Assembly (NCBI GenBank): GCA_049999805.1
Contig: JBNGIO010006432.1
Span: 1-63,202 of the forward strand
From: Folioceros fuciformis
Lineage: Eukaryota
Reading direction: 5' to 3'
Length of the DNA: 63,202 bases
Numbering within the stretch: position 1 is the first letter of the stretch; every line of letters begins with the position of its first letter. Of this stretch, positions 39,855-53,656 are shown one piece after another. The notes beneath the pieces are model-generated. The model had not been told where the DNA came from. It did no database searches and saw only the letters and a list, made by a program, of their open reading frames with translations. The position numbers and the translations under genes were made by a program.

Positions 39855-40092
39855 AAGGCGACCTAGCAATCGCAAGACACGTGCACACATTTGAGTGACT
39901 TCTTCACGAGACTGCAAACTCACACAAACACTTTCATGCCTATTTCCTTTTGTCGTGGAGAGGATCTATAAGGCGTAAGGCGACCTAGTAATCGCAAGAC
40001 ACGTGCACAAATTTGAGTGACTTCTTCACGAGATTGCAAACTCACACAAACACTTTCATGCCTATTTCCTTTTGTCGTGGAGAGGATCTATA
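39855..40092. repeat. 122-bp direct duplication
   Basis: AAGGCGACCTAG...GGAGAGGATCTATA starts at 39855 and 39977. Confidence 0.92.
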
Positions 40093-40489
40093 CGGCATAT
40101 GCTTTAGGGTTGTCCCAAGCCTAGGAATTGGCTCGCTCTTGATGCATCCTCATTGTATGCGGGAGCGCAATCACCTCCAGGCCCATTCCAACCTTTAGCC
40201 CCGGTTCAGAGGCCCAGCCTTGGCTAAGCATAGCGAGCGAGACAATGCCCGTTCACAAGCCTAGCCTTGGCTAAGCTTAGTGGGCAAAGGCCTTCACGGG
40301 CACCAATAGCCCATTTCTCCTTCACTTTGTAGTTCCTTATTTGATAGCAACTTCCAAAGCATGGCACTCAAACCAGCAAGCTCATCGTTAGCAAACCCTA
40401 TTTCTTGGTAGTAAATAAGAGCCATTCACAATGACATGTTCGCCTTCCATGATTTCAACACTTATGAAAGATAGCAAAGACAAGCTAGC

Positions 40490-40800
40490 CCTAGAGGAGC
40501 ATTAGGAGATGCATCACTTATGGTGGAGTTGGATGATTGTTGTATGTTTCTACAATCCCTTCAAGCTTGTGCAAGGGGTTCAGCCTTAGAAATCATTAAG
40601 CATGTGCATGCAAATGTGTTGGTTATTGGGGCTAAGCCTCATCCATTTTTATGTAGTAAAAGCTTTTATGGACACATACGTAAAGTTTAACAACTTGGAA
40701 CAAAGAGTATCAAATAGATATTTCCAAAAAACAATTTGCAATGAAGGGGCATGGCAATTTCAAGGTTTTCTCACCAAGGAATTGTCTAGGAAGCCTTTTG
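40490..40800 (+). pseudogene. PPR gene relic
   Basis: SLQACARGSALEIIKHVHANV and VVKAFMDTYVKFNNLE resemble L/S PPR motifs, frameshifted. Confidence 0.6.
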
Positions 40801-43079
40801 TCTCTACACGATAATCGAACGAGCATGAAATAGAAATGGAATGGTAGCCAAAGTAGAAAATTAGAAAGTTCACTAGAGTAGCTTGCTCTTTTCAACTAAC
40901 AAAACTTTAATACAAAAGAACTTAGTTCAATCTGCTAGCTTGGCTTACGATCATCTCAAAGTCTCTTTCTAGACCATCCAATGCTGATCTTGTGCGCCTA
41001 ATTGGTTGCAAACAAGTTCATATTGACGTATGCCATCATTCTTCAAGGATGAATGTATACCTGGGACACGAAGTAAAAATTGGAGACTATGGCACCTTGT
41101 AGCCTGGTAGGCATATTGGACGTGTAGAAAAGATTAAAAGCATGCTTGCCCTATTGTCTACAAGCCCTTTTGTTTCCTATTGGAAGCAAAGCCCAAAATC
41201 GAAAACCCTGAAGGTAGACAACACGAAGAAACACTACACATTGCTATTGCCAGCAAATTAGTAGCATTTCCAAGTTCCTGCTAAAAGAGGGCTTGTTTCA
41301 AGGCCTATATTGATCTAGTCTTGAAGATGGCTGCATGGAGAAGGGCAATAATTGCACCTTCAAACTAAGGGCCAGGACCAACGTTGATGGCGCGAGGATT
41401 GAATGCCTTCTAGATTATGCTTCACTAGGAGCATAACTAACCAAATCTAATGATAAGAATCGCAGAAATAGGTCATGGTATAGAGGTGGTCAGGCAGAAC
41501 TTCACTCTTTGCTGCATTGCACTCTACCATGGAGATTGATAAGAAGCCTTTTGGGCAGTACCAATTGCCAACAAGCAAAAAAAAACATTCCACACATCCA
41601 AAAGCTGGGTTGGCTGAGTCTAGGAGAGAAAAAAAACTCTTATTGTAAACATAGGGTAAAGAGAAGGAGCATGATATTGTTGTGACCACAGCAATTAAGT
41701 CTAGAAAAATCCACCATGTTAGACAACAAAAGAAATATTGTAGGTACATACCACCTACTACTCCTTGCCAGAAGACAAGATGACTTTCGGATTGCTTCTA
41801 ATATCTTAGGACAACACAACTGCAATGATGGTGATATTGACAACAATATTGTTGTCCTCATGTGTCGTTTGTTGAGCCTTCACTAAAAAATGCTACACAA
41901 GACAACACTACAAATCATTCGTGAAAAGCAAGAATATGCATTCACGCTAGTAATTAACAAAGCAATGAAAATCACCACCTTATTGGTTATTCCCAACTAT
42001 CCAAGGCCTTATTGGGGCCGGCTCTACGATCCAAAACCAAAAGATCTAATCCTCCCTCTCAGCTACATAGTGTTTTTTGGAATCTATAAACAAAATTCTA
42101 GATACATTGTTTCCCACGCCTTGTCGCCTTCAGTGTAATATTTGTGCATGATTTTGCATGATTTACAACGAAGACATGTGCACTATGCTACAAGCATTTT
42201 CTCCGTCCCACTCAAACATAAGGCCCTTGCTACGTATGGACAAGTCCAATAGGACCAGTTGATTTTGAACTGCCATGTTACTTTAGCTTGCCTCCAAAAA
42301 CCTATGCAAGCACATGTGCGTTATAGAAGGGCAACTCGTTGCAATTGCACTCACTAATTCTTGAACAACGTCTATGCTATAGGAGTCCCTTCAGAAAACG
42401 CGCTATGCACCAACTACTTTTTGCAATGGGAGCTGGTTAGACTATTGTTTAGGAAAGATATTGCACACATTATGCAGGGCATGTAATGGCCCAACCCTAG
42501 TGTCTACATCTAAATCTAGTGAATTACGAGGGCTCCGCATGCATTCGACAATTGCCACTACTATATGTGTTGGTTGGTAGTGGGATAATTCCCTCATCTA
42601 AAGGTATTTCCGAAGTAGACCTAGAGGATTTCTCCCAACTAGCACCTTCATAGTGCTTCTGCAACAAGGCTTTTTGGAGTTATGGTCTAACTAGCGGCCT
42701 CACTATTACTACACAGTACGGCCGGGGATGTATCGGACCAGGGCAAATCCGCCCTTCTTGGTTTTGGGGCGCCCTTGTCTTGGTCCTTCCTTGTAGGGGC
42801 ATTCCTAGGTGTCGTGGTACTATTTGTTTGTCGGTTCTTAGCTTGGTTCGATGATAACATGTTTTGTGGTTTTACCAAGGACTTGGATTGCAGTAGGAAG
42901 GCTGGACTCCACGGCGCAAGGTTGGATGGCTTATTTGTGCATGTTGCCTGGTGGAACATGTTGTTGTGTGTTAGGCGAATGGTGTGGATGCGGTAAGTGA
43001 GAATAGGGGAACCAGTATGTTGGAGTAAAGACATACTTCATAGTCAGATTTCAAGCTTCTTTACGGTTGAGCTATCCAA

Positions 43080-43400
43080 GAAATGGTGGCCTCTTGTTCA
43101 GTTGTGAGAAAGTGGTCCCTTGTTCAATGGTGGCCTCTTGTTCAGTTGTGAGAAAGTGGTCCCTTGTTCAGTTGTGAGAAAGTGGCCCCTTGTTCANNNN
43201 NNNNNNNNNNNNNNNNNNNNNNNNNNNNNNNNNNNNNNNNNNNNNNNNNNNNNNNNNNNNNNNNNNNNNNNNNNNNNNNNNNNNNNNNNNNNNNNNCTTG
43301 TTCAGTTGTGAGAAAGTGGCCCCTTGTTCATTTGTGAGAAAGTGGCCCCTTGTTCATTTGTGAGAAAGTTGCCCCTTGTTCAGTTGTGAGAAATGTGAGA
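43080..43400. repeat. 26-bp tandem repeat spanning a gap
   Basis: CTTGTTCAGTTGTGAGAAAGTGGCCC repeated. Confidence 0.93.
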
Positions 43401-43732
43401 AACGAGCCTTCTAGGAGAAACGGCACAGTTGGCACAAGAAATGGGTTGGCTTCATAGTTGGAAAAATATTTCTTTCTTGTTTAAGCTTATGGAATGATTG
43501 CTAAAGATGGACCAAATTAAATAATAAATCATTATATTATATTTTTCGCTCATTATACTTTTTTTTCCGAAAGTTATCAGTACTCATTGAATTCTTTTAC
43601 CACAACTCATTCATTTCGGTTTGTGGCCCTTCCCATCCATAGAATATGTTCGAATGGTCTCCATAATGGTGGCCACCTAACCTTCTCATCCATAGAACAT
43701 GTTGGAACGGTCTACATAATGGTGGCCACCTA

Positions 43733-44310
43733 ACCGCACACTAATCCTAATAATAGTCGCAACGCAAAAGTGTAGTAAGAGCATTCTTACACTGGAAAGG
43801 CAAAGTGTTATGGTGAAAGCATTCTAGCACTTTAATTATAAAGTTTTGTCTAGCACAACGATCGAGCCAAAAATAATTAAACTTTTGGCTAGCACAATGA
43901 ACGATCCAAAAATATTTAAAATTTGGCTAGCACAATGAACGACCCAAAAGTAATTAAAATTTGGCTAGCACAATGAACAACCCAAAAATAATTAAAATTT
44001 TGGCTAGCACAACAACTAAGCCAAAAATAATTATACTTTTGGTTAGCACAACGACCGAGCCAAAAATAATTAAAATTTTGTGTAGCACAACAACTAAGCA
44101 AAAAATAATTAAAATTTTGGTTAGCACAATGATCGAGCCAAAAAATTAAAATTTTGGCTAGCCGCACACTAATCCTAATAATAGTCGCAACGCAAAAGTG
44201 TTATAGTAAGAGCATTCTTACACTGGAAAGGCAAAGTGTTATAGCGAGAGCATTCTAGCACTTTAATTGTAAAGTTTTGGCTATCACAACAATGGAGCCA
44301 AAAATAATTA
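43733..44310. repeat. Compound repeat: ~39-bp AT-rich array within a ~430-bp higher-order duplication
   Basis: TTTTGGCTAGCACAA...AAAATAATTAAAA units; CCGCACACTAATCCTAATAATAGTCGCAACG occurs at ~43734 and ~44162. Confidence 0.88.
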
Positions 44311-44479
44311 ATTCCGCCTGCATTTGCATTGAAGAAGAGGAAGCTGGTTGAAACAGAAATTTGAGGAAGAGGAGAGCACACAAACTGGTGTGCCCGTAGC
44401 CAGCGCTTTGGCTTTCATGTGTTCGAAGTCAGTCCGACTGAGGAAGCCTGTGGGAAGGAGCGCATTTTCTGCACTCGAG

Positions 44480-44950
44480 AGAAAGAGCGTGAGAAGCAAG
44501 TGCTGTGACCCGTGTGTGCCTCCTACATGCAAAGGGACAGCAATGTGCGCAGCCCAGGCTGGGAGGCGGGGAGCAGCAGCAGCTTCACTGGCAAAGCAAA
44601 GAGCAAGGTGCTTGACCGTGATGTGGTTGTTGGCAACAGTTTGGTGGAAGTGTATGCAAAGCGTGGGAGCCAAGCAGAAGACGCTGAGGATGCGTTTGAC
44701 GGACTCCGCGAAAAGAAGGCGGGGTCATGGAATGCCATGCACGACGGTAGGGTATTCCCGTCCCGACACAGCATGTGGACAGCCTGGGGATCTTGAAAGG
44801 GTCTCGAACCGATGTGCTCTTCGGTGGCAGCGTGGTAGACATGTATTGCTGGTGTGGGAGCGTGGTGGATGCACATGGTCTGAAAGAGACGTGGGGTCCT
44901 GGAGACAGTGCACTGATCGCAGGCGGAGCCTATTAGGGAGTCAGTCAAGG
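44480..44950 (+). pseudogene. PPR gene relic
   Basis: LDRDVVVGNSLVEVYAKRGS...AEDAFDGLREKKAGSWNAM, then a second VDMYC...G motif; frameshifted. Confidence 0.7.
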
Positions 44951-46920
44951 AGTGTTGAACCCGTTTCAGATGAGCGCAATGGGAGACGATAGCGTGCCCC
45001 AGCCGGCATCACCTTCCGCTGTGTACTGCAGTGTGCAGTCAAGTGGGTCAGAAACCTTACACCGGTGGCCGGATTCGGGAGGACTCACTCACAGCAGATG
45101 CATGCCAAGAACCTTCCCAAGCCAGAGTCGCGCACGGAAGGCGAAGTTTCCAGGATTCACGAAAAGTGGCGTCGTGAAGGCACGGATAAGGCTAATGCTC
45201 GCTTTGCTCTCTCTTGTTTGTTGTATTGTAGATGATTTAATACTCACAAGTAGGATGTGTACATCGTATTTTTTTGAATGATGTAACTTCAGGATATGCG
45301 GCATGGGGACATCCTCTTCCTAGGTTCGTGAGATGACATGAAATCGAATGACTCTAATATGTTGTACAAAAGAAGACGAGTTTACTTTGAATTCTCGGTT
45401 GTTGTGCTGTCAGGCTCTCAAAGATCCGAAGAAGAATGAGAAGGAGATAGGACTGTCACAAATCACATGGAAGATTTGTAGGCTAGGCAAAGGAGCTTGG
45501 ACAAGAGGAGATCTGTGGAAGATAAGATAGTCGACATGAGGTGAAGGAGGTATACTATGTGCTTGGGTGAAGGAGGTATACTATGTGCTTGGGTAGTGGG
45601 TCAGTGTGTTGTTGGGCGGCCCAACAACACACTGACAGAATAAACTGACAGAATAAAATGTCACACATCGCATGGAAGATTTGTAGGCCAGACAAAGGAG
45701 CTTGGAGGAGAGGAGAGGAGATCTATAAGTCGACATGAGGTGAAGGAGGTGTACCATGTACCTTAGGTAGCGGCGGCCTAACAACACACTGACAAAAGAA
45801 AGCAAAATAAAGTGCATGAGAAGTGTGGTACCAATGGTGCTACATTCATGTTGTGTGTCGTGGTCATGATCTGTTCAACATGGACATGACATTGTGTGTA
45901 CGTGTAGGAGGATTAAAGGAGGAGATGCAGCCTATCCCATCATGAATCCTAACCATATTTGTACCTCACATAGTGCTCCTGTTGCTCCTCTTGTTCTGCC
46001 TCCTTGTAACTGTCGGCATTTGTATTCGCGAGGACATCATGAAAGTCAATAGGGATGACATAAGTACACCCAACATGAAAAGTGTTACATAACAAAAAGT
46101 TGAGGGCAAGGATTGCAACCCACGAAGTCCTTGCTGGATTGCTTCCTATGGCTACAACTCTATCTCTGACAGTTGCCCATTGCTTTCCGATAGAGACAAA
46201 GACATGCACTTCTTTGTGGCTTGTTGGATGCCGATTGTTTTTCTGACAGAGACAAAGACATGCACTTCTTCTATGGCTTGTTGGACATTCAATGCATTGC
46301 TTTTGGACATAAGCATGTAGAGACAGAGACATGCACTTCTGTTGCAGCTTGGATGACACCCATTGCATTGCTTTGGGACATAGACACATGGACAAAGACA
46401 TGCAAATCTTCTACAACTTATGGCACAAACAACAATACGCACTTCTATTATTGAGCCATTATTGAGCCGAGAGCCAACCAACGACATCTAGCTTATGGTT
46501 TCATACTAGTTTTCAATGTTCCATCTTCATGTTGGACTTGCAGTATTACAAGCTATATTCCCAAAACTATCTTCCTTTTGGTATAAATAGTTACATGTAC
46601 CAACACAGCACAACATGCAATTATAATATACATATTTAGTAAACTCATCTACATATGTTTGTTTTAAATATACATATAAAATTGAAATCAGGAGAGGACT
46701 TCAAAAAAGTGATTTGTATCATGGTCAATCGAGATGGACGAGAATTTTACTCATCCCGAAGAAGAAAACCGCCATAATTTGACTGTAAACCAGTGTAGTG
46801 AATGTTTCGTCTTTGATCTTAGGTGGACCAAGTTCACTCAAAAATCTTTACGCAATCTGGCGCCATCTGCAACCTCCCTGCCCACCCCGGGAAAATGCGG
46901 TGACGTGGAGTAGAAAGGCT

Positions 46921-47145
46921 TCCCATCCCATCCCATCCCATCCCATCCCATCCCATCCCATCCCATCCCATCCCATCCCATCCCATCCCATCCCATCCCA
47001 TCCCATCNNNNNNNNNNNNNNNNNNNNNNNNNNNNNNNNNNNNNNNNNNNNNNNNNNNNNNNNNNNNNNNNNNNNNNNNNNNNNNNNNNNNNNNNNNNNN
47101 NNNNNNNCCCATCCCATCCCATCCCATCCCATCCCATCCCATCCC
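46921..47145. repeat. (CCCAT)n microsatellite with a gap
   Basis: Perfect pentanucleotide array. Confidence 0.98.
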
Positions 47146-48645
47146 GAGCGCGACAGGAGCGCGATGAAGACGGAAACTGGAAAAGTTTGAAAGGAGCGTG
47201 TGCGGACTTGGGTAGGCGGAGACAGACGAATAGTACATACATGAAAATGAATGACTTATTACGGGCACCCGAAGTGACGCGACGCGACGCTTCGCGACCC
47301 GGCCTGACCTGACCCAACGGCGCTACGGCAGAGCGTCATCCACCCAGCGTCCAGCGCAACAGCTAGCCAGCCAGGCAGGCAGGCTGCACACACAGAGGGG
47401 TACACATGCACGTCTCCCCCATGGGAGTCAGAATACAGCTAGCTAGCTTGCTGCCTCGCAGTGCAACCACAATTGAGGGCAGGCAACAACAGGGTACGAT
47501 TCACGAATGGGTGGGGACACTCTCACCTCACCTCACCTCACCTCACCTCACCTCACCGGTCGCGATTCAGCCAGAATAGGACCGGAGTGGGTGGACCGTG
47601 GAAACGGGAGTGGGAAGATTGAAGGGACTCCAAAGCCTCATCAATCAGGCCCGTCCGTCCCTTGCCCTATTTTACCTGCACAAAAGCGACGCACAACAAA
47701 GCCACACACACCCACACATACACACCGGACCGGACCGGACCGGACAGACCCGTGAACAACCTACCTTCCTTCCTACTGTTAACATGGAACCAGGGTGTGC
47801 CTGCCCTGACCTGCCTCGGTACACTCTCCGTGATGCCCACTGCACTGCACTCCTATCCTGGCCAGCTATGTATGTACCAGTATTCTTGTAAATATACACC
47901 CGACGATATCTGTACATGCGCCTGTCTGCCATCAAACGCACGTACCTTCCTTTCTTGCCTCTGCTGCCAAGCAAGCCTCCACCCTGCAGGTCTTCGCACT
48001 CGTCGACCGGCTGTCAGTCACCATGAGATGAGAGGCCCGTCTGCAGAGACCACAGTATGTACGCACACACACACTCACATACTCTTGGGCCAGGCAGGCG
48101 TCACATGCAGGACAGCAGCTGATTCCAAACATTCCGGCTGCTACGGGCACAATCTGTAAGGAGTCAGAATCAACACGGGGATCTTGTCCCCCTCTAACGC
48201 GAAAACAGTCTACAAGTTCAAGATTTTGAAATTCGTGGAACTCGTACCCAGCTTCCCCACTTGATCAGGAAGAGGCAACCATATATCCTCATAAGTACAA
48301 TAATTAACCATCTCCTATGAACAGGCCCATAGTCAGTAGCCATCAATAGTACCGCATCTACTCGAAACGGATTGCCTACCACCAGGTCCAACAGAACATA
48401 CAAGTAAGGAAAAGCCCAAAGTCAAGCTTTCAGAGAGACGTGGGATTTGCTTCTGTTCGAAGCAAGTTCAACTAATCAGGTTCTCGCTCCAGCCAGATGA
48501 CGTCTGGCGGTGCTCTTGCCCGTACCCACGATACAACCTTCAACTTCTTGCCTGTGCCCCAAGCATGCACACATAACAAGAACTTGCTGCACGGGATTAC
48601 ACATGTTTCCAAGCCTTACTTCTGAAAACATGGAACACAAACTCT

Positions 48646-50210
48646 CTAGTGTTTTTTCTTTTGATGGTGGAAACGCACAACAACACACGTGATGTTATCT
48701 GCACTTCCTCGCTTCTTAGCTTCGTCTCTGAGTTTCTTGGCAGCTAATTCGCAGTCCTCAATAGGCTGCACCATCTCCACAGCATCCTACACCGCACCAC
48801 CAAGAAACGAGTCGTTAGTGAAACACAAAGTCGTGCCCTACATGCCGCTGGACAGGATGCCCATCACGCCTTGCTTGCTGAACATGAACATAACCAAAAA
48901 CAATAAAAACAAAAAGCTCTACCTCATTCATCACAACATCCCAAAGCCCGTCACTTGCCAAAACGAGAAACTCTACTTCCTCATTGATCACTTGCTCCTG
49001 GAAAGCCGGCATACAATGGACATGCATCTAAGAAAAGAGAGCGACCTGGGAGCAGGAATTCGCCAAAAAAACCCTACAGACAACCCCAACCAAGCAATAC
49101 CTGAATCTCTGGGTCAGGAACAACGTATCGCTTCAGAAGGCGGTCACCAAATGCTCGAGACACAGCAAGGACACCTCCGACTCGCCATGTACCTGATTCC
49201 CAGCTCCAAAAGTCAGAAAATCGTCCACGTGCACCGACCGGGCCCATGAACCAAGAGTGAATTGAGAGCGGAGCGCTACGAGGAAGATAACTCTTACCGG
49301 CCCACATAACCACACCTCCAGCTTCCTCAATACGTTGTCGCTCGTCAGTGCGATTAGGCTTGTGATCTTGAGAAAGGGCCACAGCTGAAGCAAAGCCCGA
49401 GCAGATGTTAGCTCAGAAGACTTTTCACAGATTCCGACACGCCGAAAGGAAGGGACACGTACCTTTGCCGCCTCTGCAAATTACAGCCCTGGAGTCTCCA
49501 ACATTGGCGACCAGCAAACGGTCTCCGACATAGACAGCTGTGGACGCAGTTGACCCGGCATCCCTGTGCTGACTATGCTCCTCCTTCAGGTACGCAGCAT
49601 CAGTGTCCTTGTAGCTCTCTTCTGTTAAAACCCATACAAAGACGGAAGATAAATAAAAGGCTTCAAACGAGTCACCGAGCCACATCAAGATTGCACTTAG
49701 CGTGACAAAGAGGTCGACACGTACGGATAGCCTCTCTGGTATTACTGAAGAATTTGGGGTGATTGATCAGGTTTTGGAAAAGGTTGTTTTTCACATACTC
49801 GGCCGCCCTGTGGCCACCGTGCCCTGCAGCCAGGGAAAACAAAACCATCATCGCTATGTGCAATACAAAACCACGAGAGCGAGGCATTATCAAATGAGCG
49901 AAACGGTTGCGACCAAGAGAGTCGGCAAGAACTTACCGTCGAAAACGCCAAACAGTCCCACCACTTGACCGGACTTCTCCTCAATTTTGGCGTCGTAAAA
50001 GTCCTCCATGGAAGCGCGCTTTCCAAACGAGCTGGCGAAGCCATAGCTGAACCTCTTATCCTTACTGTTCACAGCCACGGCAAAGCCCGTTAGATCGGCG
50101 CATCCAAAAGGCCACCGATAGCCGCAGCTCCACACTAGGGCCAGCGGTGCGCACCTCATTCCCGAGCCGCTACTATCCGAGGGGCTGCCGGAGGAATTAG
50201 AGGTCAACAT
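48646..50210 (-). CDS. Protein phosphatase 2C (clade F-like), multi-exon
   Basis: [84 protein letters not shown]. Confidence 0.95.
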
Positions 50211-51171
50211 TATCTTGCTGCACGTTCCCCCAATCGTGCTACGCTTTGGCCACTCTCATTCCAATGCCAAGTCAACCTCCGCTCCTGCTCATTCCGAATA
50301 TTTAACACCCAGCGGCATCCGAATCGCAGTCTTCCGGCCCTGCATGTGTTATATACAACAACCAGCTGCTTCCCCAACCTTTCTTGCCGCAAAAGTCACT
50401 TCACATAATCGTCCGCTGCCACAGCTCCCACCACCCGAACCAGCCAACTTTCCTCGCCTCCTTCTCCGCCTCTCCACTTAAAACCTAACACTCCCGACCA
50501 CCGAAAACTCCCAGATCAGCACCCAACCACGCACAATCAAGACCGCACGCTCACAGATCCAAGGCAAGAACAAGTCCCCAATCGTCGCCGCGCTCCCACT
50601 ATCACCCGCGCATCCACGGTTTCCAAACTCTCTTCAAAGCAAACAACAAACACAAAGCACAGCTGCATCAACCACCGTGTCGTAGAGTAGAGAACTAGCA
50701 CTCCCCCAACCTTACAACAACTGTAGTGCACCGCCTCCCTATCTCAAACAAGACTACAAGGCCCTTTCCTGGCCAGCACATTCAACCATCCTCCTTGGCT
50801 CTTCCGAAAAAGAGCCAGGAATTCCTCCGAGGTCCACCGCGATCTGCATCTGAGGTGCCAGAGAAGCAAGCGCCGGCCGCGAGAGCAGAGGAAGGCAAGG
50901 AAGAGTCGAGGAAGGACCCGGGGCCAGGTCCCGAGGCGTCCCTGCAGGGCGCGGGCAAGGCGCAGGCAGGACGAGCTCACCTGGATCAGCGACGATCAGC
51001 TGGTGACTTGCGGCGACATTCTGGAGCAGAACCATGAGGGCCTCGGGGAGGCACGAGGTGCAGCGATGGCGGCTCCCTCCCGCAGCTCAAGAACGAAAAA
51101 CCAGACGCAGGAGTGGCTCATCGGTGAAGAAAGGTGGAAGCAGCCTCCGGCTCTACCTCTGCCCCTACTCC

Positions 51172-51231
51172 TGACCCTGACCCTGACCCTGCCCTTGACC
51201 CTCACCCTGACCCTGACCCTGACCCTGACCC
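51172..51231. repeat. (TGACCC)n microsatellite
   Basis: Imperfect hexanucleotide array upstream of the PP2C. Confidence 0.9.
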
Positions 51232-51556
51232 GATCCCCGGTTAGTTAACGCGGCCTCGGGTTACCCCGGCGCGGGATTAGCCCTACTCCCCAGAGGTCAC
51301 TCGCCATCGGATCGGATACAAACGCGCATCGGCCGTCCACGTGTAGGCCCGGCGCGCTGCCCGAGGCTCTACCCCGCGCCTTTGACTGCGCCCGCCCACC
51401 TTGTTGACTGTGATGACAAGCTCGATCAGGTCTTACTTCTCACCCGAAAAGATTCAGCAACGACTCACAAGCGTCTCGATTCGAATGCTTTGTTTACAAT
51501 TTTGTGTTGATGAGAAACGGCTCCTGGTGAAGGTGGATGTGGCTGGGCTCTTCAAT

Positions 51557-52779
51557 CTATGGACACAAAAGCAGAACCTTGGCCACCTCCAGCATTTCGG
51601 GCCGGAGGTTAGGATCGTTGGAAACGCAGCTGATGGCCACAGATGCCAATCTGAGGAATTCTTCGGGGCAAAATTTCTGCCCCAGCTTGGGATCCGCCAG
51701 GTTAGTGATTGCTCCATCAGCATGAAGCTGGTGTGCTGAATGCAGCAGCGATGGCTGGGTTGCAGCAGATGGTTTCCTCCCACTCACGAGCTCCAGGAGC
51801 AGAAGCCCGAAACTGAAGACGTCGCTTTGGGTCGAGAATGTGGAATGTGATGATTCTTGGAGCTCCGGGGCGAGGTAATCGCAGCAGCTGGCCTTGAGCG
51901 GGGCGTCGCCTTCCAGCAAGTTCTGGAATCCGAATTCGGCGAGAGTGGGATGGAAGTTGGAGTCCAGGAGGATGTTGCTTGCTCTAAGTCCGCCATGGAC
52001 TGTCCGATGAACGCGGTGCAGATGTCTGCCATCAGTCCATCCAAAGAACAATTGAGTTCAGACAACTTTTAGAAAGAGAAATCACTCGCAGTTGGGGTAT
52101 GTCAGGCTACGGCTGGGATGTGGAATGCTCTACTTACAGCAAACCCTCGGCCGCTCCAAGGACGATGCGCACTCGTCGCTCCCAGGTGAGGACGTTCGCC
52201 GATGCTTTGTTCCCGTGGAGGTGTGCCAAGAGACTGCCGTTAGGCATGAAGTTGTGGACCAGCATCCGCTCTCCTCCTTCGACGCAAAACCCTCGGATGC
52301 TGAGCAGGTTCTTGTGACTGATCTGTGCCAGGACGTTCACCGCGTCGCAGAATTCCTGCTCAGGTTTGGTGGCCACGGCGCTCATCCTCATCACAACGAT
52401 CTGCAGCAAAGCAACCAGAATCCGGCAAGGAGGAGACGAAATGTCACATTTTCACGAGAGATCAGAAAGCATCCGTCACACAAGAGGTCTGGGAAGGGCG
52501 TGCTACTTCGTTTCTGTCCTCCAGCCTGCCGTGGTAACTTGGACCGAGGGATCCTGCGGCGGTGACCAGGCCGTGCTCGTCCACAATTTTGGCATTCCCG
52601 CTTCGGAATCTTCTGGCATCACAAAGAACAGCATAGCTTACTGAGACTCCTCACTCTCGATCTCGCTGGTCAGTAAATATCACACATCGTCACATCCGAT
52701 CTCACCTTCTCTGTCCATGCTTCCTTCGCCTGACCAGGCCGAGAGTGACAGCGTTTAGCAGCTTGCGGATGCGCGCCAT
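51557..52779 (-). CDS. PTI1-like cytoplasmic kinase paralog, predicted pseudokinase, multi-exon
   Basis: ISHKNLLSIRGFCVEGGERMLV, YLAPE, SDVFSFGLLLLELVSGRKP are present, but catalytic motifs are altered (IVVMR, HGGLRASN, AEFG). Start inferred. Confidence 0.82.
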
Positions 52780-53656
52780 CCCCCGACCTCAATCCTCGAA
52801 AACGTTCTCCCCGGTCAGAGAGCCTGGAGAAGGGATGGAGGAAGTCCCTCCTTCAGACTGGAAACCACCGCTTCCCGCAGAAACTAAATACGGAGAGGCA
52901 GTGGATCCCCGTGATCAAGACAGCCAAGACTGGTTGGGGTTTCACCCTTCTCCTTTTTCATACTTCTACATACTCTCTGTATTTTGTTCACGATTAAACC
53001 TGCTGAAGCTGGTTGAGATCTTTTGCGCGTCTTCTCCGTCGGCCATGTTTGAGGCAAAGGGTTGGCTGATGGCGGTGGCAGTGGTGGGTTCAGGTGCATC
53101 GCTGGTGGGACCTCCCCTGTTTCATTTGCTGAGGAAACGATGTCGGACAAGGAGTGCGAAAACACAGGTTACTTGAAGCAAGGTCTGGCTGGCGATGCGG
53201 CTATGGAGGGAGTGAAGGCAGCCAGCACATTCTCAGGCGTGATGTAGAGAAAGTCACGTGGAAGACCTTCAGGTACTGGGATGGGGAAGCTCAAGTGCCG
53301 AAGAACGTAGGACGTCGTCTGATCATTTCTAGGTTTAAGAACGTTTGAAGTTCGTCATTCCCTCATGTGTCATATTGGTACGTAGGTACTCATTTCTATT
53401 CAGGAGAAGAAAGTGAGGAGACCTCTGTCCAGATCCGTTACTCTGTGGCCATCCCGCCAAGAACCGGAGACAAAGGATAGCATCAGGCAAGCCCGTAAGG
53501 CCCAATTTAAAATTGCTGGCGTACTCGGGTAGACAGACAGTTTGTTCGTAGCTTTAAAATCAATTAAAGGGTTCGGGGTTGGCTGAGGTTAACACTACCT
53601 AACCAGCACTGGTGCAGGAATCGATCAAAGCAGGCACCGCACAAGCCTGCTTGGCG

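Noticed and set aside
40950-43030. Second non-LTR retrotransposon relic on the minus strand
   Set aside because: Only scattered 3-5 residue resemblances; too weak to call without a profile search.
39110-44310. Repeat arrays as CRISPR
   Set aside because: Head-to-tail minisatellites without unique spacers, no cas genes, eukaryotic context.
46798-47317. ORFs with PIPSH/GMGWD repeats
   Set aside because: Translations of the (CCCAT)n microsatellite and an N gap.
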